Shown: positions 47,721 to 59,136, numbered from the stretch's first letter. The stretch: 64,000 bases of DNA from Podarcis muralis (GCF_964188315.1 NC_135659.1:13020001-13084000); one strand, 5' to 3'. The notes: a model not told the origin generated them from the sequence alone. A program made the numbers and translations.

Positions 47721-48725
47721 GCAGAAACCACTGCAGACTGTGCAGTCACCTGGGATCTTGTAGCGTGGATAGAAAAGGAGTGGGTTGTAGAAAATGACTG
47801 GGTGGGATTTGTCTTTTCTCCTGAAACACTTCTTTCGATTCAGAGTTTATGAGGTTCCTGTCTGAATGTGCTTTTAGTTTAGCTTCTTCAACAATTATTT
47901 CTTCTCCCTGAATTGGGCTTGAAGATACTATCTTATTGGGGCTGTTTCAATATAGGCTTCCCCATGTTTTATATGCTATGTGAGATGCTTGTTATGTCTT
48001 GATACCTGTTTGGCAAACAGTGGACTCTTCTGCCCAATTGCAAAATTGAGAGTGCCCAGAAGGCCCACATCATCTGAAGCGCAGTTCAAAGGAACATCAA
48101 CAACAGAACAAGAAACTGGCCTCCAAATATTTAATTAACAAATATAAATGCAAAATCCTTCAACAGTGAATTCTGGATATATTCTTCATGTGATAATTAA
48201 AGTAGGATTAGGCATTCACACTGGATTCTAAAAAGTTTTTCTCAGATAATAGCACTAAATGCATTTCCAACTACCTACTGTCTTACTCCAGTACTTAATC
48301 TTAAGTAGCTGTTAAACTGCCTCAGTGGTTTCTTCAATCTAAATTTAGATTCAGTTCCTGCCATCAGCAGATCAACACTTAACACAACCCAGCCCAGGTG
48401 ACTAAACTAGGCAAATGCTTGTCCAATTTGAACTATGCCCCTTTTCCTTCCTGCACTAATTTCCAACAAGGCTTATACCACTTCAGTGTCCTGTTTGGTT
48501 ACTGGAAATAAAATGAAACCAGGCTGGCTTTCTTCCAAGAAATGTGCATCTCTGAGCCAGATGTAGAGTGAAAACTGACTGCATTTGGAACAGACCAAAT
48601 AAAGTACAGTGGTACCTTGGGTTACTTACTTGGTGCAGACAATTTTCCATTGTTTGTCTGTTTCCATTGAAATCGATATTGAGAAAGCCTGAATATAGTT
48701 TTGTTCAATAAATACTATCCTAATA

Positions 48726-48937
48726 CAGTGGTACTTTGGGTTACATACGCTTCAGGTTACATATGCTTCAGGTTACAGACTCCGCTAACCTGGAAGTAGT
48801 CCCTTGGGTTAAGAACTTAGCTTCAGGATGAGAACTGGGAGGCCCCATTAGCTAAAGTGGTGCTTCAGGTTAAGAACAGTTTCAAGTTAAGTACAGACCT
48901 CTGGAACGAATTAAGTACTTAACCCGAGGTACCACTG
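48726..48937. mobile_element. Tigger-like MITE
   Basis: TA-flanked CAGTGGTAC TIRs. Confidence 0.88.
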
Positions 48938-48968
48938 TACTTCTTCACACAGTACGAAGTAAAAACTA

Positions 48969-50420
48969 CAGTCATGGGAAAAAGAAAGCACACCCTCTTT
49001 GAATTCTGTGGTTTTACATATGAGGACATAATAACAATCGCCTGTTCCTTGGCAGGTCTTAAAATTAGGTAAATATAACCTCAGATGAACAACAACACAT
49101 ATCACACTGTGCCATGATTTATTTAACAGAAATACAGTAAAGCCAAAATGGAGACGCCATGTGTGAAAAACTATGTACACCTTATGATTCAATAGGTTGC
49201 AGAACCAGCTTTAGCAGCAATAACTTGAAGGAATGGTTTTCTGTATGGTTTTATCCAGTGGTGGCCAAACTTGGCCCTCCAGCTGTTTTGGGACTACAGT
49301 TCCCATCATCCCTGACCACTGGTCCTGTTAGCTAAGGATGATGGGGGTTGTAGTCCCAAAACAGCTGGAGGGCCGAGTTTGGCCATGCCTGGTTTTATCA
49401 GTCTCTCACATTATTGTGGAAGAATTTTGGCACACTCTTCTTCAAGTTGCTTCAGTTCATTGAGGTTTGTGCCATCATATTTGTTTATGCGCAGCTCTCT
49501 TAAGGTCCCACCACAACATTTCAATTAGGTTGAGGTCTGGACTTTGACTGGGCCATTGCGACACCTTGATTCTTTTCTTTTCCAGCTGTTCTGTTGTAGA
49601 TTTGCTGGTGTGCTTGGGCTCCTTGTCCTGTTGCATGGCCCAATTTTATCCAAGCTTCAGCTGCCGTCACATTGACTCTAGAATACTTTGGTATACAGTA
49701 CAGAGGAGTTCATGGTGACTCAATGACTGCAAGGTTCCCAGGTCCTGTGGCTGCAAAACAAGCCAGAATCACTACCCCTCCACCACCGTGCTTGACAGTT
49801 GGCATGAGGCGATTTTGCTGATATGCTGTTTGGTTTTTGCCAAAGGTAAAGGTACCCCTGACCATTAGGCCGACTTTGGGGTTGCAGCGCTCATCTCGCT
49901 TTATTGGCTGAGGGAGCCCGCGTACAGCTTCCGGGTCATGTGGCCAGCATGACTAAGCCGCTTCTGGTGAACCAGAGCAGCTCACAGAAACACTGTTTAC
50001 CTTCCCACCGGAGTGGTACCTATCTATCTTCTTGCACTTTCACATGCTTTCGAACTGCTAGGTTGGCAGGAGCTTGGACCGAGCAACGGGAGCTCACCCT
50101 GTCATGGGGATTCGAACCGCCGACCTTCTGATTGGCAAGCCCTAGGCTCTGTGGTTTAACCCACAGCGTCACCTGCGTTGCCAAATGTGACGCTGTGCAT
50201 TATTGTCGAGTATCTTCATCTTGTTTTCGTCTGTCCAAAGGGCCTTGTTCCAGAAGTCTTGTTGTTTGCTCCGTTGCAACTTTGCAAACCAAAGCCTTGT
50301 TGCCATGTTCCTTTTTAGATAGAGGCTTTCTCCTGACAGTCCTTCCAAGCAAGCCATACTGGTTCCATCTTTTTCCAATTGTACTGTCATGAACTTTAAA
50401 ATTTAACATGCTGAGGTCTG
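48969..50420 (-). mobile_element. Degenerate Tc1 transposon with nested insertions
   Basis: Minus-strand remnants LWTDENK...HIWQ, QQD.PKH and [11 protein letters not shown]. Nested hAT MITE at 49256-49391 (TSD GTTTTATC) and Sauria SINE at 49842-50179. Confidence 0.82.
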
Positions 50421-50449
50421 AGATGTGAAATAAGCAGCTTTCTTCTTTT

Positions 50450-50582
50450 TAAAAGACATCTGAAGACAGCCCTGTTTAGGGAAGCTTTTAATATTTAATG
50501 CTGTATTGTTTTGAACACTTGATTGGAAGCCACCCAGAGTGGCTGGGGAAACTCAGCCAGATGGGCGGGGTATAAATAATAA

Positions 50583-50635
<53 letters not shown>

Positions 50636-50636
50636 T
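50450..50636 (+). mobile_element. L2 3' end with long (ATT)n tail
   Basis: Same 3' UTR as the other L2 copies; (TTA) about 18 times at 50582-50636. Confidence 0.85.
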
Positions 50637-51324
50637 ACACTGCCAGCATAATATAAAAAGGGGGCTTAAGTCTTGCTCAAAGGCCATCAAAAGTGGGTGT
50701 GGAGAAAATGCCACCATCACTACGGTTCTATCCACAATATACATTAAAAGACCGTATATCATTATAAAGTCATGGCTTCCCCCCTAAAATCCTGGGAATT
50801 GTAGTCTGTTCAAGATGCTGAGTATGGTTAAGAAATCTCTATTCCCTTCCCAGAGCTCCTTGGGAAGAGGGACTGAACATGCCGAGAACTGTAGAAGACT
50901 GATGGCACATGCATGCAGGCCATCAGGGCTGTGTGTAAAAAGAAAAGAAAAAGAACCATTTATTAGTATTGCAAATTGTTTGCGGCTTTTCCACGTATGT
51001 GTTTCCAGAGGTGCTCATAAAACAACACTGAGCACTGAAGCTCCATCTTCACTATATAAAGCAGTACTGTACTTTAGCAGCCATCCCTTCTTCCCAGGCA
51101 ACTGTAGCTGTGAGGGGAATCCACATCTCTAGCAGAAGCTTAAGCAAAAATATTAGCATACTCTTGATTATCATTGGCAAAGGACACATAGGACAGCTGT
51201 TACTATTTAGCTCTGCTTACAAATGCATCTGCCTTGGTACTCCTGGCTAGATTTACCTTTGTGTAAAATGAATCTATGTGTTCATTTGATTTGAACATAT
51301 GCATACAACATTATTGTAGAAGCA

Positions 51325-52918
51325 GTGTCAATCTAGACAAAATAGGTAAAAAAAATAATTGTTGGGAGATATGCTTATCTCCTAGATAATAAAACAGAGG
51401 TCCATCAAGTATTTATGAGCCATATAATAAGAAACTCTCATATCAAAGTATGGAGGAAATGTTACAGGTTACTAGAACCAAAGCCCCACTGGTGGGCAGC
51501 TCCACTTGAAATGGTATCAATAAAAAAGAAAAATATGGAAAAATTAGAAGTAACGTACAAGCAACTTAAAGGAAGAGCAAGGAAACTGAAACCCTATGAA
51601 GAACTTAAAACAGTTTTGTACCACTTGGCTAAAATATCATCAATTATATGATAAATTTAACTCTGATAATAAAATTGGTTTCCAAAAAGAAGAATAAAAA
51701 TTCCAGTTAGAACTCTTGAAAAATTCCAAAAAGAATCTATCAAAAATGTATAATTTACTACTTGAATGGGAACTCAAAGATGAACAAATTAAAGAAGTAA
51801 TGATCAAGTGGGGACAGGATTACGGATACGCGATTCCATTAGATCAATGGGGAAAACTTTGGAAATCAGATATTAATTTCACCACATGTATTACTATCAA
51901 AGAAAATATTATGAAGATGTTTTACAGGTGGTATTTAACCCCTGTAAAACTAGCCAAAATTTATAAATTGACATCGGATTTGTGTTGGAGATGTAAGGTA
52001 TTAGAGGGATCTTTGTATCATGTCTGGTGGGGATGTGATAAAATTAATTTTTTTGGGGGGAAATATACATGAGGAATTGAAAAGAATGTTCAGAATAACA
52101 ATTGGTAAAAAGCTAGAAGCATTCCTTTTAGGAATCATAACAAATGACATCCCCCAAAACATGAAGAGATTTTTTTTCTATATGCAACAGCCGCCGCTAG
52201 GTTATTGGTTGCTAAAAATTGGAAATCAGAAGAAGTACTATCAGTGGCAGATTGGCAACATAAATTTTTTGAAATGATTGAATTAGCAAAAATGACGGCA
52301 ACAATTAGAATGCAATCTAACCAAAATCTCAAACAGGAATGGAAGTGTGTAGACGAATACATGATGAAAAGATGCTCCAACAAAAATTAATTGATATGTA
52401 TAGACTGATCTCACAAAGTGAATTTAAATAGATATAAAAGAATGCATGTTTAATTATTAAGATACAAGAATACAATCACAACAATAAAGGTATAAAATAA
52501 AAATTAGGAAGTCATGCATGGGTAGAGGGAAGACATAGGGTAAAGACAAGAAGTAATAAATGACTAAATGTTGATACATAAGGAAATGAAAAATGTGAAT
52601 TTACAAGTATAATGTATATGTAATGTTATATAAACAGTTTGTACAATGGTACCTCTGGTTACGTACTTAATTCGTTCCGGAGGTCCGTTCTTAACCTGAA
52701 ACTGTTCTTAACCTGAAGCACCACTTTAGCTAATGGGGCCTCCTGCTGCTGCACCGCCGCCACACAATTTCTGTTCTCATCCTGAAGCAAAGTTCTTAAC
52801 CTGAGGTACTATTTCTGGGTTAGCAGAGTCTGTAACCTGAAGCGTATGTAACCTGAAGTGTATGTAACCCGAGGTACCACTGTATATGTATTGAGATATC
52901 AATAAATAAACAAAAAAA
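51325..52918 (+). mobile_element. L1-clade LINE 3' portion (frameshifted ORF2, CCHC zinc knuckle)
   Basis: KMFYRWYLTP.KL..IY...SDLCWRCK...GSLYHVWWGC; AATAAA and A-rich tail near 52900; Tigger MITE nested at 52644-52882. Confidence 0.88.
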
Positions 52919-53162
52919 TTGTTGGACCAAGTTCAGTCAACAAAAGAGATCTTGCAGACATCAAGAAAGCATTGTGTATTCTCAAAACTGTTTTTTTTTT
53001 TTAAAGAATATGATAATTTCTAGCAAAGACTCTGTAGATGCAGAAGCAATAGGATCAGGGAACAAATTCACAACCATAAATCAAGAAAAATGTTAGCAAT
53101 TTACTGTAAGAGCTGCATGAAAGCAAAACAACAATAAAGTATTTACTAACACATTGAGCCCG

Positions 53163-54254
53163 TTAACAGGATTTCTTAAAAACCAGCTCAATAATGAAAC
53201 GCTTTAGGCCTTTGTCAATAACTTTAACAATTCTAGACTTAAACACATTTTTCTCCTCAATAAATTTTGTAAAAAGGTGGACCCCACCTCCACATCCAAA
53301 GTAATGTGCTTTGCTAGCTAAATAAACACACCCATTAATTCTCAGTAATTTTAAAAGTGTTTCATGCAAAGCCTCATAGTAGTCTGGATTATAAATAGTC
53401 TCAGAGGTGAGTATGAGATCATATTTTGCTAAAGGCTTACTGCCATTTAATAGAAGATTACTAAACTCTAACCATTCCCCTGAAAAGAATTTGCATTTAG
53501 AAAACAAGTCTTGGGTAAAGTCCTTCTTTGGACATTGTTTTAGAGAAAGCTCAGTGTCTTCAACATCATCACCCTGATTAGCACAGTTGACCAATACATT
53601 AGGCATGGTTAGTTCTTCAATCACAGTGCTGTTATAGTCCTGAAAATGGACCTGTTCGGCATTTCTTTTTAATGCAACTATTCCCAGCAACCCGGCCCCA
53701 CAGCCAAGGTCCAAAACCAACTTGTGTGCAAACTGAATTTCAGCTTCTGACAAATAATCCATGAGATCAAAGGTGCACTCCCAGATCTTCAGACCTCCTT
53801 CATAGACACCTGTGATTAGGTCAGAATGAGAAGAAACACTTTGTGACACAATGTCTTCCCCAACAGCGTTTTCAGAGGGTGCTGTCTCCACCACAGAAAT
53901 ATTTGCATAGCGTGTACCTGGAAGGAGGGTCCCCACAACTTTGTTTTTAAACAATTTCTGGAAATCTTCAGGGAGATTATGTTCTTTGGCACATTTAAGG
54001 CACAACCCTTCTTTAGGCATAATGTTGCTTTTACTCAAAAAGCTGTTGCCTGCCACATTAGCAGGGATTTCTAATAAATCCTCCTGGTTTAATATTGTTT
54101 CTTCTGAGGAAACCTCCTTACTCTTTCCTGTAGTGTTCTCTTGCTTGTCCAAAATGACTAAAGACTCCTGTACCAATTCCTGCATTCCATTCCCAACTGC
54201 CTCTATTCCGTTTTCTGCTGCACTGTCAATAGAGAAGTTGAACTGAAATGCCAT
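53163..54254 (-). CDS. METTL18: Histidine protein methyltransferase 1 homolog (RPL3 His methyltransferase)
   Basis: 363-aa single-exon ORF: MAFQFNF N-terminus, SDLITGVYEGGLKIWECTFDL, SAM motif VLDLGCGAGLLGI, FQDYN, YDLILTSETIY, GGGV. Acceptor CTTTGCAG 4 nt before the ATG. Syntenic with SELE and FIRRM. Confidence 0.97.
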   Translation of the reverse strand: MAFQFNFSIDSAAENGIEAVGNGMQELVQESLVILDKQENTTGKSKEVSSEETILNQEDLLEIPANVAGNSFLSKSNIMPKEGLCLKCAKEHNLPEDFQKLFKNKVVGTLLPGTRYANISVVETAPSENAVGEDIVSQSVSSHSDLITGVYEGGLKIWECTFDLMDYLSEAEIQFAHKLVLDLGCGAGLLGIVALKRNAEQVHFQDYNSTVIEELTMPNVLVNCANQGDDVEDTELSLKQCPKKDFTQDLFSKCKFFSGEWLEFSNLLLNGSKPLAKYDLILTSETIYNPDYYEALHETLLKLLRINGCVYLASKAHYFGCGGGVHLFTKFIEEKNVFKSRIVKVIDKGLKRFIIELVFKKSC

Positions 54255-55467
54255 TTTCCTGCAAAGTATGTAAAATTAAGAGTTTATACGCAAAGCATGA
54301 AGCGCGAAGACACTCCAAAGGAAGTAGGCTGTGCTGTGCTGATAGGAAGTTTTCCGATCCAGTCTAGTCTTCACTGTGAGATCTTCTACTATGAAGACTC
54401 CACTACTTCTTTGAATAAAAGCCTCCTTTAAAAAGAAAAAAGAAATGTATTTGACAGAGTAAAGAGATAATAGCATTTTTTAAAAAAATATTGTTAAGAG
54501 TTTTAAAATGTTTTTGCTTTGTTTTTATATTGTGTATCCTGTTTGGTGCACTGGGCTCTCCCAGTGAGGGAGGTCTAAATTAAATTAATAAACAATTACT
54601 ATATATAAAAATACTACTACTGTTTTTCACAATGTTGAGATGGGATAACTGAGGATGGTTAAAATGTGCCCCAAAGTACCCAACACTGCTCTTTACTGCT
54701 CCAGCGGGGAGGAAATTTATGAAGCCCTGTTCAAAGTAAACAAACTATTATGGACAGAATATGTCCTTTTATTTTGTGAGGACAGGTTTGTCCAAACCAA
54801 CCTCTATCCGATGCCTTTGCTTTCAGAAGTATCACGTTTCAGCTTATGGGGACAGCAAAGAGCAATATTAAGTATGCTGTTAACCCATTTGGCATCAGTT
54901 TGTGACCACATTCTCCACCAGCATCTTTAAAACTATGTGAAAGTACTCTTGCATAAACCCCAATTGCAACCCCCGCCCCACAATTTTCCCCGGCTTCTGT
55001 TTGTCTAACTTGTTTGTTTCATCAGCGAGGTGGAAAAGAACTGTGAGCAGCTCTTGGTTCCCCTAACACTCCAAGTCTGAGAAGAAATATGTTTGTGGGT
55101 TCCGAGAAGTGACAGAACTTCACTCACTTGTTGACCGAGACTCTGCCCAAACCTTTCAAGGTTCAGCCAGATTCTTTGCACCCTCTCCAGGGGCTTCACA
55201 CCATGTCACCAAAGCCTTCTCTTGCAGGGCTGTGCTCCCAATCCTTTATCTGCAAGGCACCACCTTCTTAATTCCCAGATATGCCCCCTGCATTTCACGG
55301 CCTGAGTCAACCTAGAATCCCTATCTGGAAATCCTTTTTCCAAATTCTGAGATTTGGAGTTGATGAGGCTATTATTTCTTGCCAACTGAGGAGTGGTGCG
55401 AGTTCGAAACTTGAGCCACCTAAAACGCAGCACCTCTTGACTTTGAACTTAAGGGGGGGGGGGTAGA

Positions 55468-55620
55468 GGGATGAGTGTAGCTCAGGGGTTTTAGCACATG
55501 CTTTGCATGCAGAAGGTCTCAAGTTCAAATCTCAGACATCCCAAGGTGTTAATACTGTTAATACACCTTTGTCTGAAATCCAGGAAAGCCGCTGCAAAAA
55601 TTGAGATATAGAATAATACG
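55468..55620 (+). mobile_element. tRNA(Ala)-derived squamate SINE, degenerate
   Basis: GTGTAGCTCAG...GCACATGCTTTGCATGCAGAAGGTCTCAAGTTCAAATC head followed by a non-tRNA body. Confidence 0.7.
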
Positions 55621-55639
55621 CAAAGCGGATCAATTATCT

Positions 55640-56170
55640 TCTATATTTCGAAGAGCTTCCATTTTTGAAGCAAATCCATACGTTAGAATTATTATTATGT
55701 GAATATGAAATAGACTGTAGATACATGCCATGCAAGTGAAAACGCACTTACATTTATATCTCACACGTCGAAATGACCTGCAGTTTCCTAAGAGGAATAA
55801 AGCAGAGGAATAAATGAACAAGTTAATTTGGAGCGTGCCGGAAATGTAAAAATAAATTAATTTAAGGAACCGCAGAAAGAGGAAGTCGATGGTCAAAATG
55901 TTAGGATTGTAACATTATTGAAACGTATATAACATTTATATCTCACACGTCGTAATGACCTGCCGTTTCCTAAGAGCATATATTTAAAGCAGAGGAATAA
56001 ATGAACAAGTTAATTTGGAGTGCGCCGGAAATGTAAAAATAAATAAATTTAAGGAACCGCAGAAAGAGGAGGAAGTCGAGGGTCGAAATAGGACTGTAAA
56101 ATTAACTGAAATGCACATAAATGAAAATCATAAATACAAAATTATATCTCTATATGGATATAGATATATC
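55640..56170 (+). mobile_element. L1 3' UTR remnant with an internal tandem duplication of about 180 bp
   Basis: ACATTTATATCTCACACGTCG...GGAACCGCAGAAAGAGGA occurs at about 55750 and 55932. Confidence 0.7.
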
Positions 56171-56439
56171 TTACAGCCACAGCTGCACCTTATTTAGAAA
56201 ATGCATACAGTATTCCTCTTTCTAGCGAGCACTTTTCTAGGGAAAGCTCTAAGCAAAGGGCGAAATAACCTTTTCTGGGGCGGGCACAGAAAGCAACCGA
56301 AAGGCAAGGACGGGAAACTGAGGCGTTTCAAGGCTTTACGCTGTTCATTTCTCACCCCTCACAATTTTGGCAATTGGAGGCTCGGGTGGGTTTGCCAGTC
56401 GTCGTTCACAGCCTGGGCCCAGCAAGTTGGACTTTTATT

Positions 56440-57100
56440 TTAAAAAGGAAGAGGAAGACTCGCAGCGCCGGGAAAGCGGGCTTTGGGGCGAGGCCTGCCC
56501 CGCCGGGATTTCTCCCCTTAACTCCCAGGCGCCTCTTTCCCCGCCGGCCTCGCGTGGCTCCGCTGCCGCCTCAGCTCCTCGCGCGCGCGGCCCTCTCCGC
56601 CGTCGTCGTCGTCCCCGCCTTCCTTCCTTCCTTCCTCGCGAGGCCTGACGGGATGCCGGGAAAGGGGCTGGGCCTCATCTTCCAGGGCGCCGGATTCGAG
56701 CGGCGCCGTCGCTGCCGCCTGAGGGGAATCTTCGAAGCCGCCGCCTGAGGGGAATCCCAGGCCGCCGCCGCCGCCGCCATCATGTCGCAGGTGGAGCCCG
56801 AGACGCCGCCGCTGTCGGAGGTGGAGGGCCGGGCCGAGGAGCTGGGCCTCGGCCAACTCCCCACGGCCTTGCCCCGCCTCATCATATCCTTTCTTGGCGG
56901 GGAAGAAGCGGAGAGCGTGTCTCTCTGTTTGTGAAAGAAACCCCCTCATAAACGCCCCTCATCCCACCCACCATAATCTGTGGGGTCCTTCCACTCCTCC
57001 TCGTGGCCCGGGACTCCCGTGGGCCTCCTCACCCTTTAAAAATATATATATTTAATGTATTTCTACCCCGCAGTCCCCGTCCACCACCCCACCCCCCCGC
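56440..57100. promoter_or_regulatory. CpG island / bidirectional METTL18-FIRRM promoter
   Basis: Very CpG-rich between head-to-head genes; palindrome CCTCGCGAGG at 56634-56643 (near the TCTCGCGAGA motif); (GCC)n before the FIRRM ATG. Confidence 0.85.
56782..56883 (+). CDS. FIRRM: FIRRM (C1orf112) exon 1
   Basis: MSQVEPETPPLSEVEGRAEELGLGQLPTALPRLI, compared with human MSQEG...PLEELSSWPEELCRRELPSVLPRLL (recalled); followed by the U12 donor ATATCCTTT. Confidence 0.85.
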
Positions 57101-57243
57101 GACTCAGGTTAGTAATAATAATAATAATAATAATAATATACTTTCAGTTACAGATAGGTAGCCGTGTTGGTCTGCCATAGTCAAAACAAACAAACAAAAA
57201 ATTCCTTCCAGTAGCACCTTAAAGACCAACTAAGTTAGTTCTT

Positions 57244-57283
57244 GGTATGAGCTTTCGTGTGCATGCACACTTCTTCAGATACG
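57244..57283 (-). ncRNA. Minimal hammerhead ribozyme motif (antisense copy)
   Basis: GUAU-CUGAAGA-A-GUGUGCAUGCACAC-GAAA-GC-UC-AUAC. Confidence 0.65.
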
Positions 57284-57303
57284 AATATAGGTATACGAAA
57301 ATA

Positions 57304-57343
57304 GGTATCTGAAGAAGTGTGCATGCACACGAAAGCTCATACC
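57304..57343 (+). ncRNA. Minimal (PLE-type) hammerhead ribozyme motif, sense to FIRRM
   Basis: Stem I GGUAU/AUACC, CUGAAGA core (57309-57315), stem II GUGUG/CACAC, GAAA, palindromic AGCU stem III, predicted cut after C57338. Confidence 0.7.
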
Positions 57344-57411
57344 AAGAACTAACTTAGTTGGTCTTTAAGGTGCTACTGGAAGGAATTTTTTTTGTTTTAA
57401 TAATATACTTT

Positions 57412-57530
57412 ATTATTTATACCCCGCCCACCTGCCATCTGGCTGGGTTTCCCCAGCCGCTCTGGGCGGCTTTCAACAAAATATTAAAATAGAATAGTCT
57501 GTTAAACATTAAAAGCTTCCCTAAATGGCT
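57412..57530 (-). mobile_element. L2 3' end
   Basis: TTTATACCCCGCCC...CTGGCTGGGTTTCCCCAGCCGCTCTGGGCGGCTT. Confidence 0.8.
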
Positions 57531-58128
57531 TGAAAACGTAAAGGGGGAGGGGGGGGGGTTGGAAGGCAATCGTTTTAAAAAAATAAATCCAAAATATGAC
57601 CCCCAAGGAGAATGCTCAGGGTCGCTACCTTTTAAGACACATGTTAGAAATAAGAACAGCTTGAAAACGTAAAGGGGGAGGGGCAAAGGCAATCGCTTCA
57701 AAATAATAATTAAAAAAATCCAAAATATTACCCCAAGGAAAATGTTAAGGGTCACTACTGCGTCCTTTCACACCCAACATCGTCCTGGGGCAGCCGGGTT
57801 TTGTTACCTTGTGTTTTTTTATATACTACAAAGCTGCCCTGTGTTTTTCAGGATGAAGGGCAGTCTCTCTCCATATCTATATATCCAGATGGGTGGAGTA
57901 TAAATAATAACTGCTACTACTTTATATCTATATCTAATCTGTATAAATTTAGTTAATAACAGCAACAACTTTTGAGTATAGTGCCATTCTGTACAGTTGG
58001 AACGCAATAGGAAACAAAGCCATTGGTGTGCCGTGTGAATTCACCAAGTACCTTTGTTCCCTCGCAGCAGAGGGAAAGTTGATAAAAGACTATAGTTTTG
58101 AGCCAGCCTTTTATCTGCCAGCATAAGT

Positions 58129-59109
58129 ACAGTGGTGCCCCGCAAGACGAACGCCTCGCAAGACGGAAAACCCGCTAGACGAAAGGGTTTTCCGTTTTGG
58201 AGGCGCTTCGCAAAACGAATTTCCCTATGGGCTTGCTTCGCAAGACGACAGCCCATAGGGAAATCTCCGGGGACCTCTTTTAAATGCTAGCGGTGGGGAG
58301 CAAAGCTTTCCCTCCCCCTCCGGCCTTCAGAAGAGGTCCAGGAAGGCTGGCGGGGGCCGAAAGGCTTTGCTCCCCACCGCCAGCATTTTAAAAGCAGTCC
58401 GGGATAGCAGGGAAGCGCTTCCCGCTATCCCGGACGGCTTTTGAAGGCAGGAGAGGTCCGCGAAGCCTGGGCGCGCTGATCTCAGCGCGCGCAGGCTTCG
58501 GCATGCCGGCAACACTCAGCAAGCAGCGGCAGCGCTGCCGCTGCTTGCGGAGAGGTCCGCGAAGCCTTGGCGGACAGCTTTTGAAGGCAGGCGGGGGGGA
58601 GCAAAGACTTTCGCCCCCGCCAGCCTTCAGAAGAGGTCCTGGACCTCTTCTGAAGGAGGGCGGGGGGCAAATGTCTTTGTCCCCCCTGCCTGCCTTCCCA
58701 GGAGAGCTTTTAAAGGCAGGCAGGGGGGACAAAGACTTTCGCCCCCCGCCAGCCTTCAGAAGAGGTCCAGGACCTCTTCTGAAGGCTGGCGGGGGGCAAA
58801 AGTCTTTGTCCCCCCTGCCTGCCTTCCCAGGGGCTTTTAAATCGCCCCGGACAGCGGAGAAGCCCTCCGCTGTCCCGGGGTTTTTTAAAATGCTGGGGGT
58901 GGGAAGAAAAGCCCTTGTCCCACCCCCCAGCCTTCAGAAGAGGTCGGGGGACAGACTGTCCCCGGACCTGGTCTGAAGTCGGTTTCCCTAGGAACGCATT
59001 AATTGATTTTCAATGCATTCCTATGGGAAACCGTGCATCGCAAGACGAAAAACTCGCAAGAAGAAAAAACTTGCGGAACGAATTAATTTCGTCTTGCGAG
59101 GCACCACTG
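58129..59109. mobile_element. Long non-autonomous Tigger-like element with internal palindromic repeats
   Basis: TA|CAGTGGTGCCCCGCAAGACG...CGTCTTGCGAGGCACCACTG|TA (same TIR family as 8426); internal palindrome at 58713-58825. Confidence 0.88.
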
Positions 59110-59136
59110 TATGCAGTTTTTCCTTAGTATTTGTAC

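Larger units (their letters stand above)
57145..57397. mobile_element. Palindromic Penelope pLTR insertion
   Basis: Perfect 87-bp inverted arms (57196-57282 and 57305-57391), 22-nt spacer, TSD TAATAATATACTTT at 57131-57144 and 57398-57411; inserted in an L2 tail. Confidence 0.88.
56884..59136 (+). other. FIRRM: U12-type (minor spliceosome) AT-AC intron 1 of FIRRM
   Basis: 5'ss ATATCCTTT; branch site TTTTTCCTTAG at 59117-59127; 3'ss AC at 59135-59136. The joined exons are in frame and homologous. Confidence 0.88.

Noticed and set aside
55468-55545. tRNA-Ala-like sequence
   Set aside because: The acceptor and T stems do not pair properly and it continues into a SINE body; not a tRNA gene.
56367-56949. 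Several 90-140-aa ORFs on both strands
   Set aside because: Stop-poor CpG-island artefacts; only the 34 codons from 56782 show FIRRM homology.
58327-59127. Repetitive ORFs (PPPAFRRGPGPLLKAGGG...) resembling a repeat protein or array
   Set aside because: Internal palindromic repeats of a non-autonomous Tigger-like element; no transposase and no unique spacers, so not CRISPR.
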